Shown here: positions 42,914-57,600 of the stretch, one piece after another
Numbering within the stretch: position 1 is the first letter of the stretch
Layout of the letters: each line of letters starts with the position of its first letter
NCBI GenBank assembly: GCA_043228905.1
Contig: JBHGNT010000014.1
Coordinates: 20,770,001 to 20,834,000, forward strand
From: Azolla caroliniana
Taxonomy: Eukaryota > Plantae > Polypodiophyta
Reading direction: 5' to 3'
Length of the DNA: 64,000 nucleotides
Program-made: the position numbers and the translations under genes
Notes under the pieces: model-generated
Seen by the model: the letters and a program-made list of their open reading frames with translations, nothing else
Told to the model about the DNA's origin: nothing
The model's database searches: none

Positions 42914-44080
42914 GTTTGTTGCAGGCGGGGATCCACTGTGCGTTCGGCCCGATGAAGCTTCTTCAGTAGTGAAGAAGAAAGAAGAAGAAAGAAGAAGAAG
43001 AGAAGGTTCCTAGGGTTCTTCTGCTGCTCCGTGTATGTTATTATGTTATAACTTTTATACTATGTATATACTTCTAAGTTCTACCCTTTCTTCTAAGTAC
43101 ATACATACATACATACATGATACATATTTATGTACAACAACACTACGACCAAACAAACCCATATGTTCTTACGTGAGTGTTCTCCCAATATGTATTCCTA
43201 CCCTAACCTAAATCCATTAGTCTTAGCCTCCTTTTTAACATTGGTCCTTAGTGCTATGGAATCGTAACATAAAGGGGACGATAGAGCATGAGACAATATT
43301 TTACTCAACCACATTCGAAAAACCATTGCATGAAATGCAGAGCGAGCCGGCACAAAGTCGTAGTTTGAGTATTATTGTAATCGTGTTCATTCTTGACATG
43401 GGAAAACTACATAGTGTGGTGTTGGCTAAAGCCCAAACTCACACATAAGACACTCGGGTATATGGCTAAGAGGATGTAGCGCATCACAAAGACATGTGCA
43501 CTAACCCCTACACATTGAAATAGAAATTGGATCAATTGAGAGACAACCATGTGGAGGTGAACACTATTATGCTTGTACTACTTAACTAGATGCTACAACA
43601 AAAATGTCGGAGTTTTGAGAACCTCATCAATCGAGCCTACAAACTATCATGTATGTGGGCTAGACTTGTGAGCATTCAGGGTTTACCTACAAAACAAAAG
43701 TGTTTTGTTATTGTTAGTATCGTAATTGAGCCAACTTTTATATACATACATATGTATACATATATGTGTATGTTTTGGTATGTACAATCGGATATGAATG
43801 AATGCGCTCATAAAATGACTTCATGTCGAAGCCTCATCCATCAAACTCTCCCCAACCCCCATTCCTCCCAATAAATAGTAGTAGTTATTAGTAGTAGACT
43901 GTAGTAATAGTAAAGTATGTATGTAGTCCATTAGCTTAGAGAGAGAGAGTACATAGTATGTATTAGTTACGAAGAGGAGGACTTTTGGGGTTTTATGCAG
44001 AAAAAGAGAAGACTCATCATCTCATCATCCATCATCTATAGACACAAGAGACACACACAAAACACACAGAGAGAGAAGCA

Positions 44081-47000
44081 ATGGAGTCTCAGCTCGCCTC
44101 GCTTTCGTGGTCAGACTGCAACTCTAAGCTTCCAAAGGTCGACATAACTAATAGCGACGCTATCACTGTCTCTGCGCAGAAGAAGAGAAAGTCCAGAATT
44201 CTCTCTGTCAGAGGAGCTCTCGAACGTTCATCATCATCTAGGCCTGGTCAGAATACTAGACGTCCTCGCTCAGTTTCAGGTAATCGCAATGTATACAGTT
44301 CCACAGAAGAGCAGAATATTCCACACACTCAACAACGAAGTTCCGAGTTGATCTTGCCTCTCCTTGGCGCTGGTGTCTTTGTTGGTGTTGCATATGGTAA
44401 TACTAAACCTGAAACTAAACATTTTCTGATGTTTTTGTTAATTGACGATAGTCAAAGGCATAGTCTGTTAAATGTACATGTAAACTCAAGCCTTCAATCT
44501 AAACATGGCCTGAAGTAGTATTCATACGGAGGATTAGGGATATAGTGCGTTAAACCTAAACTATTTTATTTATTTATTCTAGTTACTATGTGGCATTATG
44601 ACTACAGAGGATCAGGCACGCAATAGGTTAAACATAAAATGAATCGTTTTCTTCTGTTTATTTTATTAATTTGTGGTGAAACATCCTGCATATAGATCAT
44701 ATATTTCATATATTGATAGAATACTTCGTTATATGAATGAATGCATGTTTTAGGAGCATGACCATGTCTATGGAAGTGCTCATTTGGATTATGTACGTGG
44801 AAGATCCGTGGCATGTTTTTCTGCAGATAGTATGCTTTATTACATGACTTAATGCATGTTTTAGTATTATAATTTATAACCATGTTTGTGTAAATGTTCA
44901 TCAGCGTTATGGATTATACATATAGGTGATCAGAGACATAAAAAAATATCCTTATCAAAATGCCATATAATTAATTTTGCATGGACGAATGTGTGTTTTA
45001 TAACTAGATGTATGGAAACAGTCATTTGGATCTTCATGAAATTATTATGCATATGAAGGATTAGAGACATCTAAAACAGCTCTCAAAGTCCAATGCTATT
45101 TTTCTTGGGTGAGTGAAAGCATGTTTCAGGAGTATAAATGCGTCTATGTAAGTGGCCATTCACATTATGCATACAGAGGATCATAGAAATGGAAAACAGT
45201 TTCTCAATTCCCGCACAATCTTTTCCTTTATGGACAGATGCATGTTTTAGCAGTATAACCAGATCCATGGAAGTGGTAATCAGCAGAATGCACATGGAGG
45301 ATAAGAGTCGTAGAGAATGGCTTTTAAGCCCTACAGAATCCCTTTTGTATGGTTGAGTGCAAGTTTTAGCACTATAATCATGCCAATAGAAGTGGCCATT
45401 TGAACCAAGCTCAGAAATTTGGTATTTGAGTTGAATCTATGTCATGTGCTTGTCTTAGCAATATGCCAAACATATATAAGTGCATCATGCATATGAAGAA
45501 TCAGAGGCACAAGACCCAGGTTTCAATGTCCCGTACGATCTTTTTTCATACTGATGAATGCATGTTTTAGCATCATAACCACGTTTACTGAAGTGTTTAT
45601 GTGCTTTCAAATTTCTAGTATAATGATTCTCGTAAGGAAGCATGCGCATTGTATTGCAAAGTCAGATCTATGACATTGATCATTAGTAGTGTCCATGAAG
45701 GATTATGCATGTGGAGGATTCTAAGAGACATGAAAAATATCTTTCGAAGTCTGATGTTCCTTTGTTACATGAATAAATGTGTATGTCAGTAGTGTAACCA
45801 TATCTATGGAAGGTGGCATTGGTGTTTTAGTAGCAGAATGTAGAAGACCACGTATGACATTTATGACATCCATTATGAAGCTCAGTGCAGGAGAGATATT
45901 GACAGAAAATCCATTATAGAGTAATTATTCATGGTTGTAACATATTACATTCTTTCAAGTAATGGCGAGCAAGATGATTCCACCTCTACTTTGGAGGGCA
46001 AATGCAAATGCTTCATTATTCTTTTAACAAATCTCTTGCCTGCTTACATTGTGCAATGAATGAGCTGTAATACTATATCACGGTCATATCAGCTTGTTAT
46101 GCAATGCATGTAACAATTCTGTCTGTCACCAAAACCCTGTGGACGCAACACTGACAATTTAGTGATTAATTCCATGGTTGGATTAATTAGATACACAGTA
46201 ATCACTGCAAGACGATCACAATAAACAGTGTTAATTATTATTTTGGTGATCAACAGGATGTATCTCGTATTTGTGTTGAAGGGGCTCATTCTTCGGAGGT
46301 CCTTGGATTAGAATTAGAATTAGAATTTTTATCGTCCATAAAGAAGCCAATTTTGACCTATGGTTACAAAATTAGATTGTGCTTCATAAGTAGAAATACT
46401 CCACGGAGATCAACACACAATAGAGCACGCCGTAGATAAAAGTCATCGTTTCCATTGTAGGTTGTAGGTCATAATTTTGTAACCCTTTTGAACTTGAATA
46501 CCCAATGAGGGGTATACTGATGACACACCAATTTATCTATAGACTGTCTATCATATTTGCAAGGAGATGCAGTTACCTCAGTTTTATACGTTATAAAATG
46601 GTTTGGCCTTATGTGTCATTTTGGCCTTTTGTAGACAGTAACATTACTTACTTTCTTTACTTTTCACAGTAATATGGAAACCTATCATAAATGTTGATCG
46701 TTTCTTGTGTGACAGCTCTGGTTAAATGGATGGGAAGAGAGAGACCCATGTCAGAGGCCAAGTTGACATCACTAAGTGGTGGTACAAGTTCAAGTTCTGT
46801 TTGGGGCAGTTCAGACAAGAAATTTCGAAGAGAATCAGTAGCTCGCCTGAATGAATTTGCTAAGGAGCTTCGAACCTTCCGGAACATAGATATGAGTGGT
46901 ATGCATTCATATGCATGTTCAATAATTTTCTTGAAAAATATAACTGAAAAGGAATGAGTCTATTCATATAATCAATTTTTTATTACAGGAAGAAACTTTG

Positions 47001-50000
47001 GAGATGAGGGCTTTATTTTTTTGGCAGAAAGTTTGGCTTTTAATAAGGTTGAGGAAGTATTGATAAAACATATCTTTGTTTATTTCATTTTCTAAAAGAT
47101 AAGAATATTTTAACATGTGACATGGTGGTGGATCAGAATGCAGAAGTAGTTGACTTCTCTGCCAATGGGATAACAGAGATTGGGGTGAAAGCTCTGTCAG
47201 ATGTTTTACCAACAAACACATTCATGAAAACCCTCAATTTTTCTGGAAATAGCTTCGGGGATGATGGAGCAAAGGTAAATTTTTATCTCTCTGGAAAATA
47301 TTTTAGTGTTTAGAAAGTTGATATGGATTGGGTTATTTGCATTATTGTCCTTGATACATGAACCCTTCACTTATTTTTGCATACAAATGAATGTGGGAAG
47401 GGATGCCGTAGCATCTAGCCCACGTTATGAATGAAGTATTTGACAAAATCTTTAGTTGTCATGTCAGGGAAAGTAAGTGATGTAAACTAATGGGTGAGAC
47501 TACTTGAAGGTTAGAGCATACATAATGCATTCATGTGAGCCTTCTTTGGGATTTTTGCGGGCAACGTACCAAAGGATATGCGATTTGAGGAACAACGTGC
47601 AGTGGAAGAATTTGAAGAAATTCTTATTCGGAACAGGTTTTGGCACAGAAAGAAAGAAAAGTGAAGGGGAAATTTATAAGGCATAAGTTTAAGAACTATT
47701 TACAGATGGATGCAAAGTGGATGGAAGAGGCCGAATTAGCTGATTCACCTCAGCTTTTACAACTTTACTTGGAGGCCTTTCAATGGGTACTCATTGTCAT
47801 GTAATTAAGCTTAATCAAGCTTGCTTCTAGAGCATACTTTGGTTGCTCAAGAAAGGGCCATCGATAAAGGTTTTTCCATACAGAATCGATGCTATACACG
47901 TGGGTTGTCCACATTTTTGGCAATGCTATTTTCCAGAAACATGAATATAGTCTCAGCTCAAACTGGCAATACAAATTCATGTGATAGCACAAAGAGTGAG
48001 TTGTATACTATTGCCAAATGTTATCCTTTAGCATATATTGTAGGCACACATGGGATGCTCTTTGCATTATTTCAATAAGAGGGTATGTCACCAGGGGGAG
48101 TTATTTTGTTTGATTTTATTACGTTGTTTAGTAATGCTTTTACTTCTATTTATTTTGTTTTAGTTTATTGTTTACTTGATCCGTGAACCTCATGAAATTA
48201 GGCAAAAAGACATTGCATCGGATCTATGAAATGGTGTCTGTAGACCAGAGGAGCCATGGCTGGCAGGGATTGGCATATGGTCAGTCTGGTTATCATTCGA
48301 TTCTGATCTGTGTGATACTTGGTCTTTGCAGATCTTGTGAATATTTGGAGCTCACACACGTTTTCCTCTGATTATGGTGCATTCTGTAACAACATTTATA
48401 ACAAGTCATATTGGGCTTTGAATTAATATAGGGAAGGATTAATTATTACTCTCCTCCGATGTTCAGTTGCAAATTGGTGTTGTTCAGACACTCCATTTGA
48501 ATGTCGGAAAGCCTTGTGGGAGGGAGGGAGAGGGAGTGAGAAAGTTGATTGATCTGATAAAAACTATGCTAGAAAATAGAAGATTTGGACAAGGATCACA
48601 ATATGGATGATACATATGTCATGATGATTTATTGCTAAAATCTCAGTGGTACATTTGCTGATCTCTGCATATGTCCTTCATGCTCACTAAGATTACAATC
48701 ATTCTCAAAATTGAACTTTCTTTTCAAGAGATATCAAGACAAGTTGATCTCTACTGGGCCTTTACATTGGATCCTAGTTTTTTTCTCTTTAAGATATAGA
48801 AACTCCCAGCTGTAAGAAAAGTCCTAAATATTAGCCTTGCAAAGACTCATGGATTGTAGCAGTAAAGTAACATGTCGTTCAGCTTGGCCGCTTTTCCAGG
48901 ATCTTGCTGCTATGCTGGAGAGGAATCATGGAATTCAGAAACTGCAGCTGAACAGTACAAATATTGGAGATGAGGTGTGTAAGGTTTAATGAATATTGAT
49001 ACTTTGGTTTGAGAATGCAGAGGAAGCTGTTTTTCATTTGATGTTTGTGTATGCAGGGGGCTAAGGCACTTGCTGAAATGCTAAAGAAGAACTCGAATAT
49101 ATCTGTATTAGAGCTTAACAACAATTCAATAGAATACCCTGTAAGTTGGAAATTTCATGTGTTTGTTTATTGGTTTTTATTGTGTATTGTTATAAGTTTC
49201 ATATGAGCCCGTTTTTGGAAGTTTTTATTGTACCTTCACATAATGTCTCTGTTATAATCTTTGTAGGGTTTTGCCGCTTTAGCAGAAGCATTGACTGTAA
49301 ATACTACCCTTCGGTCTTTGCATCTGAAGTGAGTTACACGATGATGAACTCTGTCATTGTTGAAATAATTTTTCGTAATTAATTTTTTAACTGTCTCTGT
49401 TTTTTATGTTATACAGTGGGAATTATGGGGGTCCTCTTGGAGCTTCGGCACTTGCAAAAGGTCTGGAAATGAATAAATCTTTAAGGGTAAACAATATTCT
49501 TTGGACTCCACTTTAACGCAACTAATATATATACGTAGTTAGCATTAGAAGAATTATTTGGAGTTGTTTGAAAACCAGATTACCCCTGTAATGCAGGAAA
49601 TTCACCTTCATGGAAATGGAATAGGAAATGAAGGGGCTCGTACATTGATGACTGGTCTAATGTCTCACAAAGGCATGTATTTGAGTTTGCAAATGGTGAA
49701 TTTGAAATTGTGTTTGATTTATTTCTATTTCAAATCCAAAACCCTTTCCGAGGTAGACTGTCAATTTGGGGACAAAAATTGAAGTTTAAATTCATGCTAA
49801 AATTGGATTGCTTTCCTTTTTGGTGGTCAACCATTTATTTCTAATTGAAATGTCTGGCTTTTTACAGGAAAAATCACTACACTTGACATTGGAAACAATG
49901 ATATTGGGCCAAAAGGTGCCTTACATGTGGCAAATTTTATAAAAAAATCGAAGACTTTACAATGGTTAAACGTTTACATGAATGACATGGGTGATGAGGT

Positions 50001-51908
50001 ATCAAACCAAGTCTGTTATCGTGTTTCATCTTATAGTTGTCACCAGCTCTTCCTATGATAGTTCCTTCATGTGTTTAGGGAGCACAACGTATTGCAGATG
50101 CTTTGAAAAGAAACAATACACTGACAACGTTAGATCTGGTTGGTGCCTCTAAGCTAATTGCAAGAGATGTTTAAAGGTGCTATGTATGTAAATAAGTTGA
50201 CATTCAATATATAATTTTTATTCTATGTTTACTTCTTCCAGGGAGGGAATAATATACATGCAGAGGGGACAGGTTACATTGCCAATGCTATGAAGGAAAA
50301 CACAAGCATCACAACTGTATGTTCCTGCATTTCTCTAATGCTACCTGAATGATAGTGTGCTTGTATGTGCTGATAATACTTATTCTGAATAAAACTTAAA
50401 CTTGCCTGACATCTACATCATATCCTCTCTTGTGCAAGGAATCAGGAATAACGTACTTAAAGATCTCATATTCTTGAATGGCTTTGTACCGTCAATCATG
50501 TGTCCAGTCTTGTGGCTGCTGTAGTGGGATCGGATCATTAAGATATAATGTTTTTTGGGGGGTAAACCTATCACCTAATGATGAGCCCAAATAATGCATT
50601 CAATTAACCCAGGTGCAGGTTGATTTTACAAAAGTTATGGCAGATTACAGCTAATAAAATTGCAATTTAGTAATGAATGATCACAATAGGCTGTGAAGAT
50701 GTGTTGTCAAGTTTATTTTACATTTGACATCATTAAGGCCCAAGTTCCTCTTACTATGGGTGTCACGTGGGATACTGATGTTCTTGTTGCTGAACATGAT
50801 AAACATAGAGAGGGGGTCATGTTTCCGTATTGTCCCGAACGACAGAGAACAGAAGGCGCTTTTGCTGTATTGGGGTAGTCTTCTTTCAACCACGAAGTAA
50901 CTGTAATCTCATTGCTGTGACTGTGGGACTTGTGTCAGCAACTGTTGTGAATCATCGAATGCCTATTGATAGTAGATGTTCTCGTTCTTGTCCATATGTG
51001 TAGCCATAGAACTTAACCCTTCTCATGGATCTTATACTCAATTCTCTGTACGTTTTGCAGAGTAATTTATGAGTGTCTGTTTCCTAATATTTGACTTGCA
51101 GCTGGAGCTGAGTTACAATCCTATTGGCCCTGATGGATCAAAGATTCTTGCAGATTTTTTCAAATTTCATGGAAACGTACAAACCCTTCGATTAGGATGG
51201 TGTCAGGTAAATAAAAGCTTGGAATATAATGCTTAAGCTGTGTTTGTGAGACTAGTTCACTTTTATATAAATGGTTAATTGGCAGATCGGTGTCAAAGGT
51301 GCACAATATCTTGCTGAAGCTTTGCAGTACAACAGCACCATCTCAACCTTGGATTTGCGTGCAAATAGCCTGGGAGATGATGTAAGTAACAACCCTGTCT
51401 CTTTTTTGTTACCTTTGTACGGTTTTGAAGGGTCAGTAAGTCAAAATTCTTGTGACAGGGTGCAACTGCGTTGGCACGAAGTTTAAAAGTTGTTAATGAA
51501 ACTCTCACTTCCTTGGATCTTGGGTTCAACGAAATACGGGTAAATGATCCATTTCAACGTCCTAGTCTATGGTCCTAGGAACTAATGATATATCTGGCTC
51601 ATGGAATTGCATTAACTCTTTATCAAGCCACATTTTATGTATTGCAGGATAAGGGAGCATTTGCTTTAGCACAAGCTCTAAAAGCTAATCCTGATGCTGC
51701 GGTAGCCTCTTTAAATCTTACCAATAATTTCTTCACGAAGTATGGACAGGTGAGTATATAAATAAGATTTTTATATATGGAAGCATTTTTCAAGACGAAA
51801 AAAACAACGTTAGTGACTGGAACATTACCCCAACAGGTTGCTTTAACAGAAGCAAAAGATCATGTGATGGAAATGAATGATGGGAAGGAGGTAAACATTT
51901 ACTTCTAA
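44081..51908 (+). CDS. EMB2004: RNI-like leucine-rich-repeat protein (EMB2004/AT1G10510-like), ~17 exons, probable plastid transit peptide
   Basis: Spliced exons give RLNEFAKELRTFRNIDMSG-RNFGDEGFIFLAESL, LHGNGIGNEG, WLNVYMNDMGDEG, FHGNVQTLRLGWCQ, LARSLKVVNETLTSLDLGFNEIR and C-terminal DHVMEMNDGKEVNIYF*. These match my recollection of the Arabidopsis protein. N-terminus is S/R-rich. Confidence 0.88.
44730..45830. repeat. Old degenerate ~120-bp tandem array in intron 1 of the LRR gene
   Basis: Core gaatgcatgttttag....ataaccat.t.tatggaagtg recurs at ~44740, 44850, 44988, 45115, 45237, 45355, 45556 and 45775. Confidence 0.7.
46307..46360 (-). mobile_element. Retroposon 3' tail related to the LINE end at 19138-19195
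   Basis: Reverse complement ggtcaaaattggcttctttatggacgataaaaattctaattctaattctaa aligns with ggtcaaaactagcctattaatggatgataaaaattataattctacttctaattctaa. Confidence 0.7.
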
Positions 51909-52589
51909 AATTGGAATCTTGAAAACAATACATGGAATCATTATATTGATACAAGGTTCAATGCCTCTAGGCTTGAGTTAAGTTTTTTTGTGCTTTTTTG
52001 AGCACACGGGATGAATTTTGATGACGATGATGGGCATTGATATTTGACTCTAGATTTGATTATACATACAAATATGAAAAACAATTCTATCAATATAAGT
52101 TTCCTACCACTGTTGTAAAAAAAAAGAATTTGAAAGATTTCACATCAACCTTCATATTGAAGGGATGCTAATCTATGAGGACAACTTCCCTATTTAAATC
52201 TATTTTCTTTATCTCCTCCAATACATTACTCTTGTTCTCTTTCTACAAAGCAATCATCAGTAAAGAGAATGCCAAACTAGTAAGTTAAACAACCCAATGG
52301 TAGGATGCTTAGAACTCTAGATCCTAAATTTACATCGCAGAAGACATGATCAGTATTCAGTCATTGCAAATTTCAAATCAAGAAACCTTTGACTACTACT
52401 CTTGATTGAGAAATACCATTTTTGATGTCAAAAATACTCATATTTTAATGCTCTTATTTGAGAAATACCATTGAGCTTGCAAAATTCAATGTTTTGTTTA
52501 TTTATTTCTTTATGTTTCTTTGACGATCCATCTTCTCCCTATTACTACACAAAGATAAACACTAGAGCATCCATCGACCTCCTGTGATA

Positions 52590-52640
<51 letters not shown>

Positions 52641-54636
52641 AAGAATTACTTTTAAGGACATTCAAAACATAAAACAAAATGGAATTCACAAGTGAAAGAA
52701 TAGTTCTATAAGTGGTCTGACATCTAGAACTAGCTGCCCATATGATATTATATGTGGCTTTAAAATGATGAATTAAACAAGTTATTGCAGAAAGGGCTAT
52801 GAGCTCTATATCCAAACGATCTGATCACACCAAGGGAACCTGTTCTCATAAAGGTAGTTTACAACATAGACCCCATATCATTGGCTGCTCATAGGTTGGA
52901 TGCATTTAAGTACAAAGCTACATCCCCTATGATGCTCATAAAAGAATTAGCTAGGACGAGTATTTCTCATACCTATAACCAAAATATTTTGTGTCGCTGC
53001 CAAGTTTTATCTTGAAAGTACATCATGTAGAAGAGTGACTCTCCATGAACACTTCACCACCATTCAACAAATGATGAATGGCCTACAACATTTTAGTCAA
53101 ATCTTGCTTGAGCGTCAACCTTATATGGAATCAACCCCTTACATTAGCAGATCGGATGCAATGACAATTCTGCATCATTGATATCCTCCATGGATTCACA
53201 TGTAGAGGAATATTGACAACAATGGAGACTACAAATATCATGATACAAGGCACACAGGCCATACCATCATTAGCTCATGGAGATCACTGCTTGTCATGGC
53301 TGATTCACATGAGGACACTTATACTAGTGAAGTTCCATTTGGCCTCACTCCAACCTACAAGCCAACATGAGATTTGATATTTCCTCACCAATACTCAACC
53401 CATCTTGTAAACCACTTCCAAATCGTTCCACCGCATGCATTAATATTATTATCATGGATCTTTAGAAAACCTATAGGTTTTACTTTGTTTAAGCATGATT
53501 ATCTTGTATGCCAATTGTGTCCTATAGTAGTTAATATAAATTCTCTCTTGTGAAGCTATGCACTTTGTAACTAGCATGCCTTTTGCTTCTCAAGGTTGCA
53601 TTGTAAATGATCACTCCTTTCACTTGCATACTCTCTCTCTCTCTCTCTCTCTCTCTATCATTCATTGTAATCACAATACGCACAACATAGTTTTACCATC
53701 TTGTAAAAAGTATATATAAATATATAATTATTATGATTTTTTCAACTTTTAACTTCTGAGATTTTTGAGAACTTTGCCCACCATGAATGATGTAATCATT
53801 CCTACCTTTCAATTTGTCTTTATTGCTACCATTGGTGCATGCATTGAATCCCATACTAATGCATGTAATATTCTTCCCTTGCTTTGCTTTCACATTCATA
53901 TATTTCCCAATGCAGATTTAATGATCCTCTACTCCTAGAATCTATTTGAGACTCTCAAAACCGAAGTGGACCATTCTTTATTTTAGACTCTCAATACAAT
54001 TAAAGAGCACATTATAATTAGAGAAATTTGTGGAGTGAGAGCCTTTGAAACCATCCCACGGCATGATAAATTGATGTTGAGGCTAAACAAATTTCATAAA
54101 TCTTCAATCAACATACATTTCATATCATTTGATGTAAGATAATCCACACTATTAAGGCAAACAACTTTATCCATCAATTCATAGTGAAGTCCAGAAAACT
54201 TTTCTTTTTTTTTTCTTAACAAAAAATTAATACAAAGGATTGTCAGTTTATTGAAAGATAGAAGCAAAATATTTGTATGCCACGCACAAACAATTCCAAT
54301 TTGGAATTGAGAAGACACATAATTTTGCTTTGATGATCATTATTTTGGGCACTAGGTTTAGTGCATGTACCTAACAGGTGAAACTATGATCTGAAAAAAA
54401 TCTGCTTTCTTTAACTTTTATTTAACCTTAACTAGGACCACAGGAGCAAAAGCAAGATCACATGAGTGAAATATATGCACTTAACAATTCCCCATTCTTG
54501 CACTTTTATTTTAGCTTTGGCTGCACAATCAGAGATTGCAGAAATAATACAACATAAAGAGGCTGATGTCTGGATCACGCAATCATTTTATAAAAAACTA
54601 CGTTGTAGAAAAAAATAAAATTTCCACCAAAACTTC

Positions 54637-57600
54637 TTATTCAGGCTTCTTTTTAACCTGCTTCACCCTTGAATATGCAAAAACTCCACCTAGAGCAATA
54701 CCAGTACCTGTAATGAAACCATGGGTATGTGAGAAAAATAGTTCATTTAATCAGGAAGAAATCTTGCAACGGAAGGTCTACACGAACCTATTCCATTGAT
54801 GAGTGATACTGGTGTCCTGAAGAACAGGACTGAAGTGACAATCACAACCACTCGCTTCACACAATTGCCTACTGAGTGAGTTACAGGGGAGACCCTTTGC
54901 AATATCATATAAGAAACCTAAATAATCATGGCAAAACATAAATCAATCCTCCTGAACATGCTTGTATATTCAACTTAACAGTGCAAAGCAAAGCAATTAG
55001 CAGATCATCCAAAGATGGTAAAGAACCTGCTGGTATGCATGGAAACAAACTGCAGCTAGGAGTGCCCGTATGGCCAAAACCTTTACATCTAGGCCCTACA
55101 TACAAATCAGAAAAATGAAGTATAAATGTTAAACTTCATTCACAGCATGATTTTTAATGTTTGAAGACAAACATAGACCATAAATGTAATTGAAGCACTT
55201 ACAGCCGATTGAAGATAAGTGGGTGTGAACTTTACTCCTTCCAAGAGCAGGGTAACAGGAGCTAAGAGAAAGAATGATAATATTGTAATTATGGAGAAAA
55301 GGTTGATATTGTCCATAGATTTCTGTTCAAACATCATCGCCACTAACAATCAAGATCTTGCATAGCCATGACAAACCTACTCTGAGATAGTGCAGATATA
55401 CTATTGCAGTCTGTTTAAAAAGCATAGTGAACACAATCACGATTGTGCACAACTATAAGATACATACTCTGAGATAATGCAGACAAATTATAGATTTCTA
55501 TTCAAACAGCATAGTTGACGCAATCAAGGTTTAGCATTACCAGGAGATACCTACTCTGTGATAGTGCATTACCAAACCCTACTATACTATCTTTACTAGA
55601 ATCTGACATTTGGACACTCATTATTTAAGTGTTAAAAGGTTGTTCCTAAAGGTTTAAGGATTTCATGATGTCGAATAAGTGAGGGTTAGTAAGGATACAC
55701 AGAATTTTTAACTATTGTTTAGATCCCTAGCTTCCAAGACCTCTCCATTCTGGATCAACCAAAAAGCACAAAATAAATTATTTGAGAATCTTAACTATAT
55801 AGATGTCAAAATTCTTTAGTCATGTCTTAATTATATTTCTATTTCTAGTCATACTCAAATTTCCATGAGGAAGGGTGAGCGCATTCGTGCATGCATTATT
55901 TTCACATCGAGAGTTTTTACTATAGAATAGTAAGCCCCCATCTTCGGAAGGAGTTACATACAATATGATATGCTGATTTGGTCCCACATCGTCGTGGACC
56001 ATAACATATCTATTCTATTCTATTCCTGAAGGCCCAGTTGTACTTCAAAAAGTTCATAATTCACCTCCAGTCTAATTCTTTTCCCATTCTAATAAATTTT
56101 ACAAATGATCTATCTACAAATTTTAAAACCTTTTTATGCCTTAATTTAGTGGTTGGATTGTTACCACATTGTAGGATATAAGTCCTCACTGCAAGTACAT
56201 GAGAGAACCTTAGTCAGTTCAAGCTGAAGCTGAGTTTTGAATTGAAGTGACAAATCTCGGTCTGCTGCACTTCAATTTGGTACTAGTGGTGGATCCAAGG
56301 AATCAGGGATGTTTGTCACCCAGACTAAGTATGTCAGATTAATTCGTAAGACGTTAAGGATATTGTTGAATTTAGCATCAACTTTGGCCAAGGGACAAAG
56401 ATGGAAGATAATGTGATTCCAACCAGAGCAGAGATTCAGACGACAAAAATCTACCTCTGACGAGCAGAGCTCTGTTGAGTCTCACATCCGACATTAGAAA
56501 CAGAAAGATAGAAAGAAAGATATATTAACATCGTTTAAGAGGCCAAAATGGCCTATAAGACCAAACAAGAGATTACACCTTAAAATATTGTCTTGTCTTT
56601 AAGAAATATAAATGTAAATAAATAAATAAAATATATTGAATCGCATGATACAGTCAAAGTTGAATCTCTATCATAAAGAATATCTGGTGTTCTGTGACCA
56701 TGCCAATCCTAATGAGATCAAATATCACTTTATGTGAGTTTATTTTGAATAAGACGCTCAAGTTGGAGTGTTGTCCATCAATGGATGATTGTCCAGATCT
56801 CTTTACAATGGCCTTGTGAAGTGGGAGGGTACCAGCATGTGAATGATGCGATATTCCAGCAGGCAAGTGAACAAAGATGAAGCAGAAGACGTGAAAATAG
56901 GCAATGCAGATGTGTAGATAACACACTTGAAATGAGTGTTGGTGTGAAAAAGAGCCAACAGACCGTTTGACAATGGTCAACAGACAGTGTGGTTGGAAGG
57001 TCAATGCATTCGTTGGGTTAGGATAAGCTAAATCTTGTACTTTAGGAGCCACAAAATGCTAAGGTCAATCCAACTGTAGAGAACTAAAGTTGTCATCACT
57101 TCAAGACACACTTGAATTTGTAACTGGTGGATTAGGGGCACATAAGATTGAATTTCCATTGTATCCCTGTGTTGGATTATATATATTCTCTTTTTGTTCC
57201 ACTGCATTTGTCTCATTGTTTAACAGTTTCTATTTCTGTGCAATAGTTAACAGCGATGGCAGCAGTTTTAGGATTCTCCAGATTTTCAAACTAAAGTTGC
57301 ATTCTAACAACTACAGCATCTCGAAGATCCATGAACTTATATTTCTATTTCCGTGCAATAGTTAAGAGTGTGGCGATGGCAGCAGTTTTAGGATTCTCTA
57401 GATTTTCAAACTACAGTTGCATTCTACTAACTACAGCATCTAGAAGATCGAAGAACTTGCATTTCTAAGAGCAATAGGGAACAGTTTGGTTTAAGTCAAA
57501 ATCAAACAACATAACTGCAGCTTAGCAGTACAGTTAGGTTTAGTTGAAGCTCTAAACTTGGAAAACTCATTGAGAGGAAACTGGTTCAGTATGGTTTGGC

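Noticed and set aside
44730-45830. Repeat-spacer-like pattern as a CRISPR array (also 17976-18300 and 24200-24290)
   Set aside because: Eukaryotic intron or LTR context, degenerate repeats, related intervening sequences and no cas genes.
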